NCBI GenBank assembly: GCA_051362555.1
Contig: CM120644.1
Span: forward strand, 2,054,954-2,118,953
Reading direction: 5' to 3'
DNA length: 64,000 bases
DNA from: Lingula anatina
Taxonomy: Eukaryota > Animalia > Brachiopoda
A program made the translations under genes and the position numbers. Below, in pieces: positions 50,679 through 62,440 of the stretch. How positions within the stretch are numbered: position 1 is the first letter of the stretch; every line of letters begins with the position of its first letter. The notes under the pieces are model-generated. The model had not been told where the DNA came from, searched no databases, and saw only the letters and a list, made by a program, of their open reading frames with translations.

Positions 50679-53600
50679 TTTTATTTTATTTTTTTGTTTA
50701 AATTTGAGTATTCACTCCAAAGTCATAAAACAATAACTGCACTTTCTGGGGGAAAAGTAGGACAATTGCCTGCATAGATCTTTCAAACGATTATTGATTT
50801 GTCATCATGTGTAACGATTAGGGGGACCAACAAGAAAGAGAGGTGCAAAGTAAAAAAAAAAATACTTGGAAGTTTAAGAAGGGTGAAAAAACAAACACAG
50901 TTATTCAGTTTCACCTTAAATACCTTTGTGGATATCATGGCACCATTCTCTTTCAAAAATGACGATGACGACGTAAGCTGTTCAGCTCCGTGGAAATCCG
51001 TGGAAATTTTGGCAGCATCAGAACCGGCAAATGGAATATACAGTATAGCCATAGGAACCTGCCTTTAATTAAGTACCTTGATAGATACCGGTACTTAAAT
51101 AAAATAATGAGAATTGGCTTAATACAATTATTTTTCAGAGAAGGGAGCATCATAATCGATTTCAACCTAATTTTTGCCTTGAAAGTGTTCTTAAATACTT
51201 CTGGCAATTCCAACGTCACGTTGACCAAAATAAAAGAAGTTTTGAGTGGCAACAAAACTCTTCGAGTAGAAGTGGATAACAAGACTTATGGTTCAGACGA
51301 ACAGTATGCACTTGATGAATTAAAGAAAATAGGTGAGCTTGTTTACGTGATATAAAGTGTTATGTCACTTCTTAATGTAAGATGCATTTCTGCACAACCT
51401 GTATACATTCTAAAATTAAAAAAAAAAAAAAATCAATATAATTTCTTCCACTTTCAATAATGGTGATAATAATAATGATTTTTTAAGTACAAACATTTGC
51501 TGTGACATTTGCGGAGGTGCGTTATTAATTAGGATCTCAACATCGTGTACATTTTTGAGATTAAACGCTAACTAAAGTTGAAAACGGGTTCTCTAATTAA
51601 ACGTATTGTTATTCTTATGTTATCTGCTTTTTTGATACGTTTACGAAGTTCAAATACTATACCCTCCTTTAATAATATTGTTCGATTTTCATATTTAGTA
51701 TAATTTCTTCAGTCAGTTCTATTTTAGTAAATCTGAAATAATGTACGGGTTTTTTTCACTTATTACTGCAGGACAATTAATACAGGACCCATGTATGCTT
51801 GACCGTGTCATCGACATTTGCGCGGAGAAGACCAAAACCCGTGAATACACGTGTGAGGTTAGAGATAAGGGAGGTGTAGAATGTGTCTCCAAGTGTGTCA
51901 ACTGGAAGTGTAATGGACATGGAACCTGTTCTGTTCCTTCACCCAGCTTTACCCCTACCTGCACGTAAGTGTAGATTATGTGCAGGGCACGCTACACCCT
52001 TTGATGCTACCGTTTTTGTGTGAAATCATTATCAAATAACATTTCAATATTTTTACTGCATCATTAAAGCGGATAGGAAGGAAATCCTAACGTAACGACC
52101 CTCTTGTAACATTATATTATATTATATTATATTATATTATATTATATTATATTATATTATATTATATATCTTACTTTGAAAGATGCAATTTATAAATAGA
52201 GAGATAAATGTAAATATTGATATAACGCAGTAACGTTCATGTTTATTTTTTTTGGTGTAGTAGTTCAATCTGTAGACTTACATACGGCGTACATTTATAT
52301 CATAACATTGTCTAAGGCTTCATTCACATGGAATGTCTATTTTCTAAATTCTATTTTCTATTCTCGGTATGTCTTGTGATCACGGTCTGTGCCCTGAATA
52401 CCCCGCGGCGTAATTACTGGCAGCGCGAGCCAGTTACTATAAGTTACTATAAGTAACTGGCTCGCGCTGCCAGTAATTACGCGGCGGGATATTCAGGGCC
52501 CAGACCGTGATCATAAGATACCGCGAATAGAAAATAGATTTTTAGAAAAAAGACATTCCATGTGAACGAATCCTAAGCTGATGACGTGTTAAGAACAAGT
52601 TGAAATACTCCCCCCTCGAAATAACCAATTGTTAACCTGTACTAGTTTGAGCACAATGAATCCGTCTCTGATAGAAGAAATGATAAATCAGCCGAATATA
52701 AATACCGGTAAATCAAAACGATGTTTACACAAGTTTGATAAAGACCAATTTCCACTAATTTTTGCAGCAATAGGTTATGATAGGTTATCGTAAGTTATAT
52801 TTATTTTTCTCGTTCAGACATTGGTGACAGGTGCGTACTGATAACGACATGAACCTCAGGTGTACATTTATAGGCAGCCTCATTGTATAATGCGAATTCT
52901 ACACTAAAAGTAAAGCTATGCCCATTTTTCAGATCGTCTGGTCGTCTGGGTGGGGATATTTATCACATTTAGGATTTTTCCTGTCGCTGCAAACCGTCTG
53001 CTGCTATTTACTTTCTGAACCGTTTTCATTTTCAGTTTATGATGTATTTTCTCATTTTTTGTGTTGATCTCTCGCTGATACAATTGCATGAAAATCAAAG
53101 TTAATTTATGACATTTAGAGACAGTCTGAATATACACAAGTAATAATTAATTTAGAAAATCAACTGCAAGTAAAATATCAACATTTTCCAACCGGATATT
53201 GCAGTATGACAACTTATTTCAGTAACATTTAGGATAATATATTTATAGCACAAAAACTAAAGCAATATACTCTTGATTGAAAAAATATATTTGGAAAATG
53301 TTCACCGGGAATTATAAATAATTAATGTCTAATAGGATTAAAATAAGATAAAGACTCAGATTACACCAGTTTGATGAAATTTTGATTAAAGGTGCTACAC
53401 TGAGGAAACAGCCACGCAGACGGTAACCTATTCTGGTGTCAACTGCACGGTGTCCAGGGCAGCTGTTAAACTGGACATAGTGATCTACGTCACCACCTCT
53501 GTGGGCGGGGCGCTGCTGATAGTCGTCGCAATCACGATTGTGTTAGTTGTGATATGGAGACGACGGTATGGGAATGTAGCGAAACGGAGCAAGTAAGTGA

Positions 53601-55378
53601 GCAAACGGATATTTTCAAAGTTATAACTGTCATCTTATCTTAAAATCATATCAGGTATTCATCATCTAAATCATGACTTGAAACTAAAGTCAGAAATAGA
53701 TGACCTTTCTTGTAAAAATCAACAGCTTTATATTAAATTTTTTACCTCCAATATTTCGATGTCTAACAGAACATCTTCATCAGAAAAGGAGGAGGATGGT
53801 GTCACCCTCCCTAACCTATACCTGCTTTCCTTAAAGCAATAGGTGGGGACATGCAAGCTTATCTTTTCCGAATAGAGGGTTTCTATCTGGGTAGCCAAAA
53901 AAATCAATTTGTTATTTTAACAAAACACAACCGGTTAAACATTTCTCTGAACTTCTCCTATATTTCAGGTATCACGGTCTCCATTCTGATAAAATGACTA
54001 CAAACGACGATACTGCCTCGGACACTTCGTCCGAAACTAGGAGCCAGATGTTAAAAAAGGGAGAATATGTGTATGATAACGAGGTATATCTAATATTTTC
54101 ATTATCACCATAGTGTTGCCATATTAATCTTTTGTTATTGTGGCGATGAAGAATATTAGTTTCACGAATTAATTCATCCATGCATGCTTTTGTGGTTTTC
54201 TTTACAGCTTAATCAACTCTCGTCCTTTTTTCAATTGGATTTTCATTAGTCCTGTTAATAATAAAAGAGTAAATTTGAACTTGACACATACTATATTTTC
54301 AATGTGACTATTTTTCAATTACGTTGTTTAGAACAACACAGCCATCACATGCGTGAGCAACCCATAAGATAAACAATTGTTTTGAATCCAGTACGTTGCC
54401 GATTGAAATATAAGTTGAACTTGCATGTTATCGATTGCAAAATCTTGTTAAATCTTCCTTTAGGAGATTAATAGTGCTTTGCTGTGATGAACTGTGAACA
54501 AAAGGCCCAGAAAGCACAACAATATATGCATATACGAAATACCCTTTTGTGGTATATATTATTTAGTATGCGTTCACTTGTGTTTCTGCCAGGTGTATCA
54601 ACAAGGCGGAGACGGTAGCTTATATGGTCCTGGGTACAGTATGGGTTTCCAAGTCAATCTTGATCACATCGACCCGAAGGCTGACGTTAGTATTTGTTGA
54701 AGCTTTATACTGAAAATAAGTAGGATTGTGTTTGTTGAGATTAGTCTGTAATTCTACGTACAGCCCTCACTGTCAATGTAGTGTAGCGCATTGCTGTGTG
54801 CCAATTTGGACAAGCTGATAAGACGTTCAGCAATCTCTTCTCCTGGGCAGGTTATCGGTGACACCCTAATATTGTACCTTGTAACTGACCCGAAATGATG
54901 AGTGTAGAAGTGAGGGTAACATCGAAATAAGGGGGTGACCTTCAAATGTATTGCTCTCTACGATCACAAATTTCCAAAAGAATGTGTCCTTGTTGCTGAT
55001 ATTAAGAAAAGTAATGATATTTAAAATGCAAGGTACTTTAAGTAAGGCACTCAGCCCTGGTTGAGCCAAACTTTTTTCATACTTTATCACTCAGTTTTGT
55101 CTGGAACCGTTATATTCTTCAGTTGATGACAGGGAATGTAATATGAAACGTGTGACGTGCAGCAATTGCTTGTTTATAAAATGTTGGCTTAGCACCTAGC
55201 ACCTCCATTTTGTCTGGGTTGCATTTTTACAAACATATGTAAACAGTTTACATACAAATTTATTCACCATGCTAGTTATATTCCACGTTTGTTTGTTTTC
55301 CAGTATTCTATCAAAAGACCTCAGATATATCCCAGACCGAGCTCCCTCCGTCAGGCAGTAGGTAGTGGACTGTATTGA
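47262..55378 (+). CDS. Transmembrane mucin/proteoglycan-like SEA-EGF-TM protein, paralog 2, ~658 aa if a 1-nt frameshift near 47341-47358 is corrected
   Basis: Join 47262-48187,48465-48580,50183-50247,51139-51332,51772-51964,53392-53592,53969-54083,54593-54685,55304-55378; same exon phases as paralog 1; signal peptide frame differs from the long ORF 47296-48216. Confidence 0.85.
48465..48580 (+). CDS. Mucin 2 SEA exon a
   Basis: STFLETLEKQVPLSLKFNAS...NLENQ. Confidence 0.85.
50183..50247 (+). CDS. Mucin 2 SEA exon b
   Basis: IFTKFNSTAMEGLLGVEITDFR. Confidence 0.8.
51139..51332 (+). CDS. Mucin 2 SEA exon c
   Basis: EGSIIIDFNLIFALKVFLNTSG...YALDELKKI. Confidence 0.92.
51772..51964 (+). CDS. 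Mucin 2 Cys-rich/EGF exon
   Basis: QDPCML...VECVSKCVNWKCNGHGTCSVPSPSFTPTCT. Confidence 0.92.
52316..52573. mobile_element. Almost fully palindromic Tourist-like MITE
   Basis: TAA-GGCTTCATTCACATGGAATGTC...GACATTCCATGTGAACGAATCC-TAA; ~120-bp arms around a short spacer. Confidence 0.9.
53392..53592 (+). CDS. Mucin 2 EGF-end and TM exon
   Basis: CYTEETATQTVTYSGVNC...GGALLIVVAITIVLVVIWRRRY. Confidence 0.93.
53969..54083 (+). CDS. Mucin 2 cytoplasmic exon a
   Basis: YHGLHSDK...DTASDTSSETRS...VYDNE. Confidence 0.88.
54593..54685 (+). CDS. Mucin 2 cytoplasmic exon b
   Basis: VYQQGGDGSLYGPGYSMGFQVNLDHIDPKAD. Confidence 0.9.
55304..55378 (+). CDS. Mucin 2 last coding exon
   Basis: YSIKRPQIYPRPSSLRQAVGSGLY-stop. 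Confidence 0.88.
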   Translation, partial: YSIKRPQIYPRPSSLRQAVGSGLY

Positions 55379-55698
55379 CAACGACAGAGTATCACGAGTA
55401 GCATGATTGCACCATGGGGAACAACGGGTGGAACTCAATTATAGTCTTTAGTGCTGGAGATATAACATATACAGTATATAGTGGACTGTACTGACAAGTG
55501 CAGAGTATCACGAGTATCATGATAACACCCTGGGGAACAATGGGCAGAACTCAATTATAGTCTTTAGTGTTGGCGATATAACATATACAGTCCACTATAT
55601 ACTGTATATGTATATATACCACGAGTAGCATGATAACACCCTGGGGAACAATGGGCAGAACTCAGTTATAGTCTTTAGTGTTGGCGATATAACATATA
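55363..55698 (+). repeat. ~116-bp tandem repeat (two full copies plus one partial) starting in the last codons of mucin 2
   Basis: TAGTGGACTGTA at 55363 and 55479; partial copy from ~55620. Confidence 0.9.
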
Positions 55699-58675
55699 CT
55701 TTGTCAAAAACCATTGTTTTTGGTGTAACTATTTATTTATTTTACTTAAGTATGTAGTAAACAAACAGCCTTGCTTTTAGATACAAACCTCCTCATTACC
55801 CTAACCAATTAGATGTTCTTAGCGTGTACATGTACCTTGCAGAAAGGAGTGTTAGTGGAATGTCTGTTTGTTTGGCATAAATATTTGCTGTGATACCTGA
55901 AACCCATATCATTAGCGATAATTACTTATGTAGGAAAAGTGCACTTCATGTAGCAATCACATCTCAAGTTATAACAAACTTGCAAATACAGGTGATATAT
56001 TTCCAAGATTTTAATTTCTCGAAACAAAGAACTGTTTTCAGGAATATTGTTCGCCATTAATCTTTATATAAACTAACTCTATGTCCTAAGTGAACAAATT
56101 ATGATATTACAGGTATATCCCCCTTTATATTTAGTCACGTTTATATATCTTCCTGACTTCCCTCTGCAGTCCAAATCAAATGATTATAAATGATAAAATA
56201 TGTCTCCCTTTGAACGTCGTATCTATCATTAAAACCTTTGTTTGTATTTTTCCTGAGTGCTGGGGCTGGGGTTAGGGTTGAGCGTCTATTTGCAGCAAGC
56301 ATGTTTATATTTCTAAACAGTTTACAGTGGTTTATGTTTGTTATTAATCATCATATTTTTTATAAACTTGAATTTATAGAAATCTTGTCTGTAAGCGGTA
56401 TTGTACCTTTGTTCCCAGACATATAAAAACTGATTAAACGATAAAATGAAATGTAGTAAAATGACATAATTTTATATCAATATGATATTATATCCAGTAC
56501 TAAATCTCTCTTTGTGATACATGCTGTAGTTTCACTGCCTTATCACTTATTGTTTGAGTCAGAAGTTGGTTGGTTTTTGATAAGAAAGCTAAGATGTGTT
56601 TGTCGGGTGAAACACTCAAGTCACCTCACGCAGCGATTAAGAAGAAATCAACTGGTCACAGATTAAAAACTGAAAAAATTGAATTGTTTTAGTTACCAAA
56701 GGTCAACTTTGTTGATTATCTTAGGTAATATTATGTTGATAATGAACGCAATAAAGATACATACATAGTTTGCATATTATTGTTTGAAGTCACAACTATT
56801 AATGTTTGAATTCAAACGTAAGGTTTGCTAATTATTACCTGGATGCATGACGATATGTGTGCTTGCAAGGAGACAGCATACTCTCGATATTTATGGCCCG
56901 GTAATAAACTTACGAAAGTCTAATTGTACGGTATTAACTTCAATGATCATTGTCGATACTGATAACTTAATCATGGGGAAAACTTTCTGATATTTTGATT
57001 CCAATACACTTAAATTGCTAAAATGAAGGGTTGTTTCAAAAGAGAATTGCCTCTACGATTTCAATAAATTCAAACTAAATGTAACTCACAGGTCATTAGT
57101 ATTTATTTCATTCGTATTTAGTATTCCATTCAAGTTATAGTATATTTGGGGATATTTATTCGTCTGGGTGGGGATATTTTTTGTCAATTATAAATGTGTT
57201 GAATTGTCTAATCTATAGAGAAAGTGTTATGTTCAAGAAAGCAGGGATCAAGGGAGAAAAGCAGAGTCATAAAAGCAGTGGTAACACTGCACCATTAAGA
57301 ATTAATTATCAGAGTCTCGGGCAGTTGCCACAAATCCGGATGACGTCATTTTTTCATCCAGGTACTGACTTTATACCAGTTTCTGAAGCTTGTTGGCTCA
57401 GATAAACCCGTTCCTCGACAGGCACCTGCAGTTATCAATGGGATTCAAAGTAGAAAAAAAAAACAGTCTTCGTGCTCAATTCCCTAGTTACCGAAATATG
57501 TCACAACATTTCTGCGTATCACTTACACGAAGGTGTAAATTTTGCAATTAATTCAGCTTGTTGTTTGACATGCATGAGAGAGACAAATGTTCTTGTTCTG
57601 ACACCCTGGATCGGTGTATAGAAGAAAATACGAAAATGACGGCAAAAAACGGAACGTGGAACGGGTTGGCCAGATAAGAAGACATACCCAATTATTTTAA
57701 ATGGCAGCCAATAATTTGGGGTAATATTCATTTTAATTTAATGTGAAGATATAGCCCCTCTGACAATGAAATACGCGTTCAGCTAGTATAGTCTAGTCGC
57801 CACTCCAATAGGCCCATGCAAGAGTCGAGACCTGCAATGTTTTTTCCTGTAAACTTTTCTTGCTGAAATGCATTCATCACGTCGAGAGAAGCAAAATTAC
57901 ATTGGTTGCTACTTACGGGACATTGAGCATTTTTTCAATATGGCAGTCAATTATGAGGAAAAAACGACCAGAAGTCGCTCAAATACTTTATTTAATAGTT
58001 ATTTTAACATCCTATCAGAAGAGCACAGCAGGCTGGTGAATGCAGTTAAACCCCCCGTCACACTAATTCGGAATCAGAAGGAATCAAGCAGAACCAGCCG
58101 TAATAACTAAATTTAAAAATTCGTACTTCATTCGGAAAGAAATTTCAAATAGACCTAAATTCTTGTAAGAATGAAGTTGGGATACTTAGAATGCGCTTGA
58201 ACCCGTACATTTAACGGGTATACCCTTTTCCCAATTTAGCATTGTTTAGACAGGCTTCTGCTCTACCAAAGAGGAAAGCGATTCACCACAGAGGCAGATG
58301 AAGCTGTTTAAGGAAAATTTAAAGATTGAAAGATTGTTAAGGGGTAAGATGAAAAGTGTGATAAAAACAATAATAATTTAATTTAAAGTCTAAAATGTAT
58401 TTATACATGTTCAGTAGACCACAAAAATAAGTACATAAAACACAGCTTCCAAGACGTATGTAAAAAATCAAGAAAGATAAATATTCTAGATCATAACAGT
58501 TTAATTTTACATTAAAAAAGAACAAATTATACAATCAGTACAAAAAAGCCTAATTCTTACATAAAATCAATTACAATTTCCTGAAACAAGCTCCCTTTAG
58601 CTTTGCAGTTATTGGAATTTGATTTGAACAGATAAAAACGAGAGTTGTCTAAGTATTTATTACATGGGTATCTAA

Positions 58676-58923
58676 GGTGCCATTCCCAGACGTTTTCGTA
58701 CTAACTGTGGCTCGATCTATTTCCAAGGGGATTCTCGCTTTTAGCTTAAGCGGCTTGGATGTCTGTCACGCCTGCTGAAGCTGCAAGGGGTAATTAATTA
58801 TCGTTAAGCAGTTTCAGTATTGGTTGCAGATATCTAGGCCGCTTAGGCTGAAACTAATTTAGCGAGAAACACCTTGGAGATAGATCGATCCTCTTAAATC
58901 GACCTAGGTATGGGAATCCAGTC
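58676..58923. mobile_element. PIF/Harbinger MITE, family A variant
   Basis: TAA-GGTGCCATTCCCAGA...TGGGAATCCAGTC-TAA. Confidence 0.75.
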
Positions 58924-59113
58924 TAAGAAAACCATATTAACTCCAGTTGGAACAAACATTCAGGTGGAGATATATTGGTTGTATATAAAGATTATCTACA
59001 TGTCTTTATTGCTTTGTTCAGTGGTCGGCTGCCTAGGCAGCAGGCTGAAAGTTTTAAAAGACGAAAAGGGATACGACCTTCTTTTTCAAGCGCACCTTAG
59101 TCAGGTGATCTAA

Positions 59114-59321
59114 GACTTGGTTCCCATCTGGATAGACCTAACTCCCCGGAGGTTCACGCTCAATTGCTGTCAGCTACCGCGAGCCGAGCACGCACAAAAG
59201 TTAATTACCCCCTGTCAGCTTTTAGTAGGAGTGACATACATCTAAGCCGGTTAAGCTGACAGCAATCTAGTGTGACCCCCCGGCGGGATAGATCGATCTC
59301 AATATCCGTGGGAATGGTCTC
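59114..59321. mobile_element. PIF/Harbinger MITE, family A
   Basis: TAA-GACTTGGTTCCCA...TGGGAATGGTCTC-TAA; internal match to 13342-13555. Confidence 0.75.
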
Positions 59322-59786
59322 TAAGTGTTTTGGAAATTTAGCCCCCTCGCTAACTTCAGTTTATTCTAAAACAGGTCCCATATCTTAAATAAACAGGGGA
59401 AGATATCACGGGTATGTTCTTATTTATGATCACGAGTATACATCTTATTTGCTCTTCTTTGAAGGCCAAACATTGTGATGAACCTTGTCACTTGATAACA
59501 AAATACCGTCTTTTATGTATGCCCTTTGCGTTGATGAGTTCACTGAGTATCTGCGTGACGGGGGGAGGGGGGTAAGGGTGCATGTGTAGCGAGCGTATAT
59601 TATTGTTGATTTACTTTATGAAATCAATTGGGGTTTAGAAAATAAATACACCTTCATGATGAGTTTTATGTATAAACGTCAAAATAAGTTTATTTTCGTT
59701 CAGAATATATATTATAGTCTATCCAGTATTACTTCACTCCATATGATGCATGCTGTTGTCGAACATATCTGTCCAATCACTGATAA

Positions 59787-60221
59787 GGGGCCATTCAGAA
59801 TTGATGATCAGAGTATCAACTGACCCGCCGACTAAATATGGCTGACCACACCTCAAAAGCGATGCCATTAATTCCCAATGGTCCACGAGCCTCCATTAAA
59901 CGGATTAAACGGATTAAATCTCATCCCCGAGGTTTAATCGCTAGGCCCCTGCAGCTACGGCGAGTGTGGAGGCGGGGAGACCATCATGGACTTAGGGGCA
60001 TCGCTTTTGAAACCGGGTCAGTCATTTTAGTCGGCGGATCAGTTAGTACTAGTGTAATTTATTCTGAATGCCCCCCAAAACCGCATTCAGAACAAATATG
60101 GTGGCCAACTAAAATACTTGCCGTCTAAAAGACACCGAATAGATTCCCCGTGGGGGAGCATTCAAGTGGGTCGGTCATATTTGACCCTCGGACTATTAAG
60201 TCCACTGTTCTGAATGGGACC
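59787..60221. mobile_element. Two adjacent or nested foldback MITEs
   Basis: GGGGCCATTCAGAAT...ATTCTGAATGCCCCC (59787-60075), then GCATTCAGAACA...TGTTCTGAATGGGACC; the second resembles ~12380-12500; both absent from the duplicate segment near 63245. Confidence 0.7.
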
Positions 60222-61289
60222 TTAGTTTACTCAATTTGTTAGTTTATCTGAGATCAGAGCACCAATGTTTGTTTGCTTGATAAGGCAGCAAAGTCACCTC
60301 ACGCGGCGATATAGTTAGACGTAAACGTGTAAAGATATAAAAAAGTCAAAGACCACTGAACAGACAACCAAGCTCTAGCAAGAGTAAGTGTGCAAATTCC
60401 TTTTATTATTTCCATTGTATTACATAGTTTGCATTGCAGGGACATTTATAAATAGTGGAATCATAATAACTGTTATAATTTATGATTTAATTAGGAAAAA
60501 AAATAAATACATGATAGTCTAGGAATGATCAATGATTACTGACATTGAATGCGATAGCAGTCACTTAGTGAGTAGAAATCATTGTCAAACCAATATTGCC
60601 CTTGTAATAATTTAGGTTGGCACAGATCGCTTGTCACAGTTTTGTTCTACTGAGTAGAAATTAAAAACCTATGCAAATTTTCTAGAATGCTACGAGTTTA
60701 ATTTGTTTTATAATGTAAAAAGGTAATCACATGTTGTACATGTATTTGCTTAGATTAACCTCTACTTTTATCGATCTCAGCGCCTTGTCTGATCCACGTA
60801 AAAGAAATATAGTGACCATGAGGAAAAGTAACACGTTTACATGTAGGCGAAGGAGGTATACTTCAATATTAATTGCAAACAACATCAAGACAATAACAAT
60901 AACAAATTCAATACCCGTTGCCTGTCTTTCACACTTTTACACGAACACCCGAAGGTTTAATAAAAGGAGTCGCGTCGCGATATCTATCTCTTTCCTTCGA
61001 AAAAGCAAAGGGCTGACCCGATCGAAGTAAGCTTTCTAAAGTAATTTCCTTTTGATAGTATATTGTAATTACTCCACTTGCTTGCCTTCATTGTCTTGTA
61101 AAAGTGACAAAGAACGAGTTGAAAGAACCGTACATAACTCCTTTGCCTTGTTGCATAATGTCTTTATCATGGTTATAATCAGTGTGAAGAGGGTGTCGTG
61201 CCTCACTTAAATAAGGAGTTGTTATTTATACTGGTTGGCTTTAAATGACAGTAAGACTGAGTTGATATGGTTTACATCAAGGTTCTAGG

Positions 61290-62440
61290 CAAATAGGAAT
61301 AATGCAGCAAATGCCAACATTTGCACAGGAGATGTTCTTATAAAACCATCTAGTTCTGTAAAAAGATCTGGGCCCAGTTTTATAAAGGACGTTTAGCACT
61401 AACCAGTGGATAAGCCTAACCAGTTGATAAATTCTCCTAACACCCATTAACTAAAAGATGGTTAAATTGTGTTTTATATACAGTTTCTGACGGAAAACAG
61501 CCAATTAGTTAACTGGCCAGTGTTTAACTGGATTAAATAATTATTTAAAGGTCAGACTATTTAGGTCTGGTTAGAGTTAAACACTGGTTAGTGCTAAACG
61601 CCTTTATAAAACTGGGCCCTGGGAGTTACCCTCGATGAAAATGGCACTATGGGAAGTGTGTAAATCAGCAATTTATGCACTATGGCGCATTAGTAAAAAT
61701 AAGGAAAGTGTTAAATAACAAAACCACTGAACAATTAGTACATGCATTTATATCATCAAGATTAGATTACTGCAATAGTCTCCTCTTTGGTATTTGTGAC
61801 TATCAGATTAAAAAGTTACAAGTTATTCAAAACTCAGTTGCAAGACTGGTTTGTCAAATTAAGTGCAATAGTACACAACATTTCATTCCCATTCTGAAAG
61901 AATTACACTGGCTGCCTGTGAAGCAGAGGATTGATTTTAAAGTACTTTGTATTATTTTTAAGGCGATCCATTCACAAGGACCATTATATTTATCGGATCT
62001 TATCTGTTTTAACTTACCATGACGGTCCACACGTTTTAATACTGAGAATGATTTTATTTTAGAACATTCTCTTTTAGAGAAGGAGTGCCTCAAAAGTTAA
62101 GGAGATCGTGCTTTTATAATCTACGCCCCAAAAGTGTGAAATGCCCTACCAAATTTTATAAGAAAAACTTTGAAAGACTTTGACAATTTTAAATATTTTT
62201 TAAAGACCCACATTTTTAATTCTGTCTATATCTTTTAGACTTTTTAATATATATATGTATTTTAATAAGATTGATTTTTTAATTTTTTCAGTGTAAATTT
62301 TATATGGTTTCCAATGAGAGTTTAAGATTAAAATATTGGAGTCATTTTAATGATTTTAGTATATTAGCCATTATTGTAAGGCGCCTTGAGATAGAATGTA
62401 AGGCGCCATATAAGGATTTTATTATTATTATTATTGTTGT
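61290..62440 (+). mobile_element. 5'-truncated, degenerate L2/CR1-clade LINE (C-terminal part of ORF2 plus 3' tail)
   Basis: DLGVTLD, LVHAFISSRLDYCNSLL, LQVIQNSVARLV, ILKELHWLPVKQRIDFK; 3' TGTAAGGCGCC repeat and (TTA)n tail; stops and frameshifts. Confidence 0.9.
61371..61618. mobile_element. Harbinger-type MITE inserted in the LINE
   Basis: TIR GGCCCAGTTTTATAAAGG.CGTTTAGCACTAACCAGTG; TSD CTG. Confidence 0.9.
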
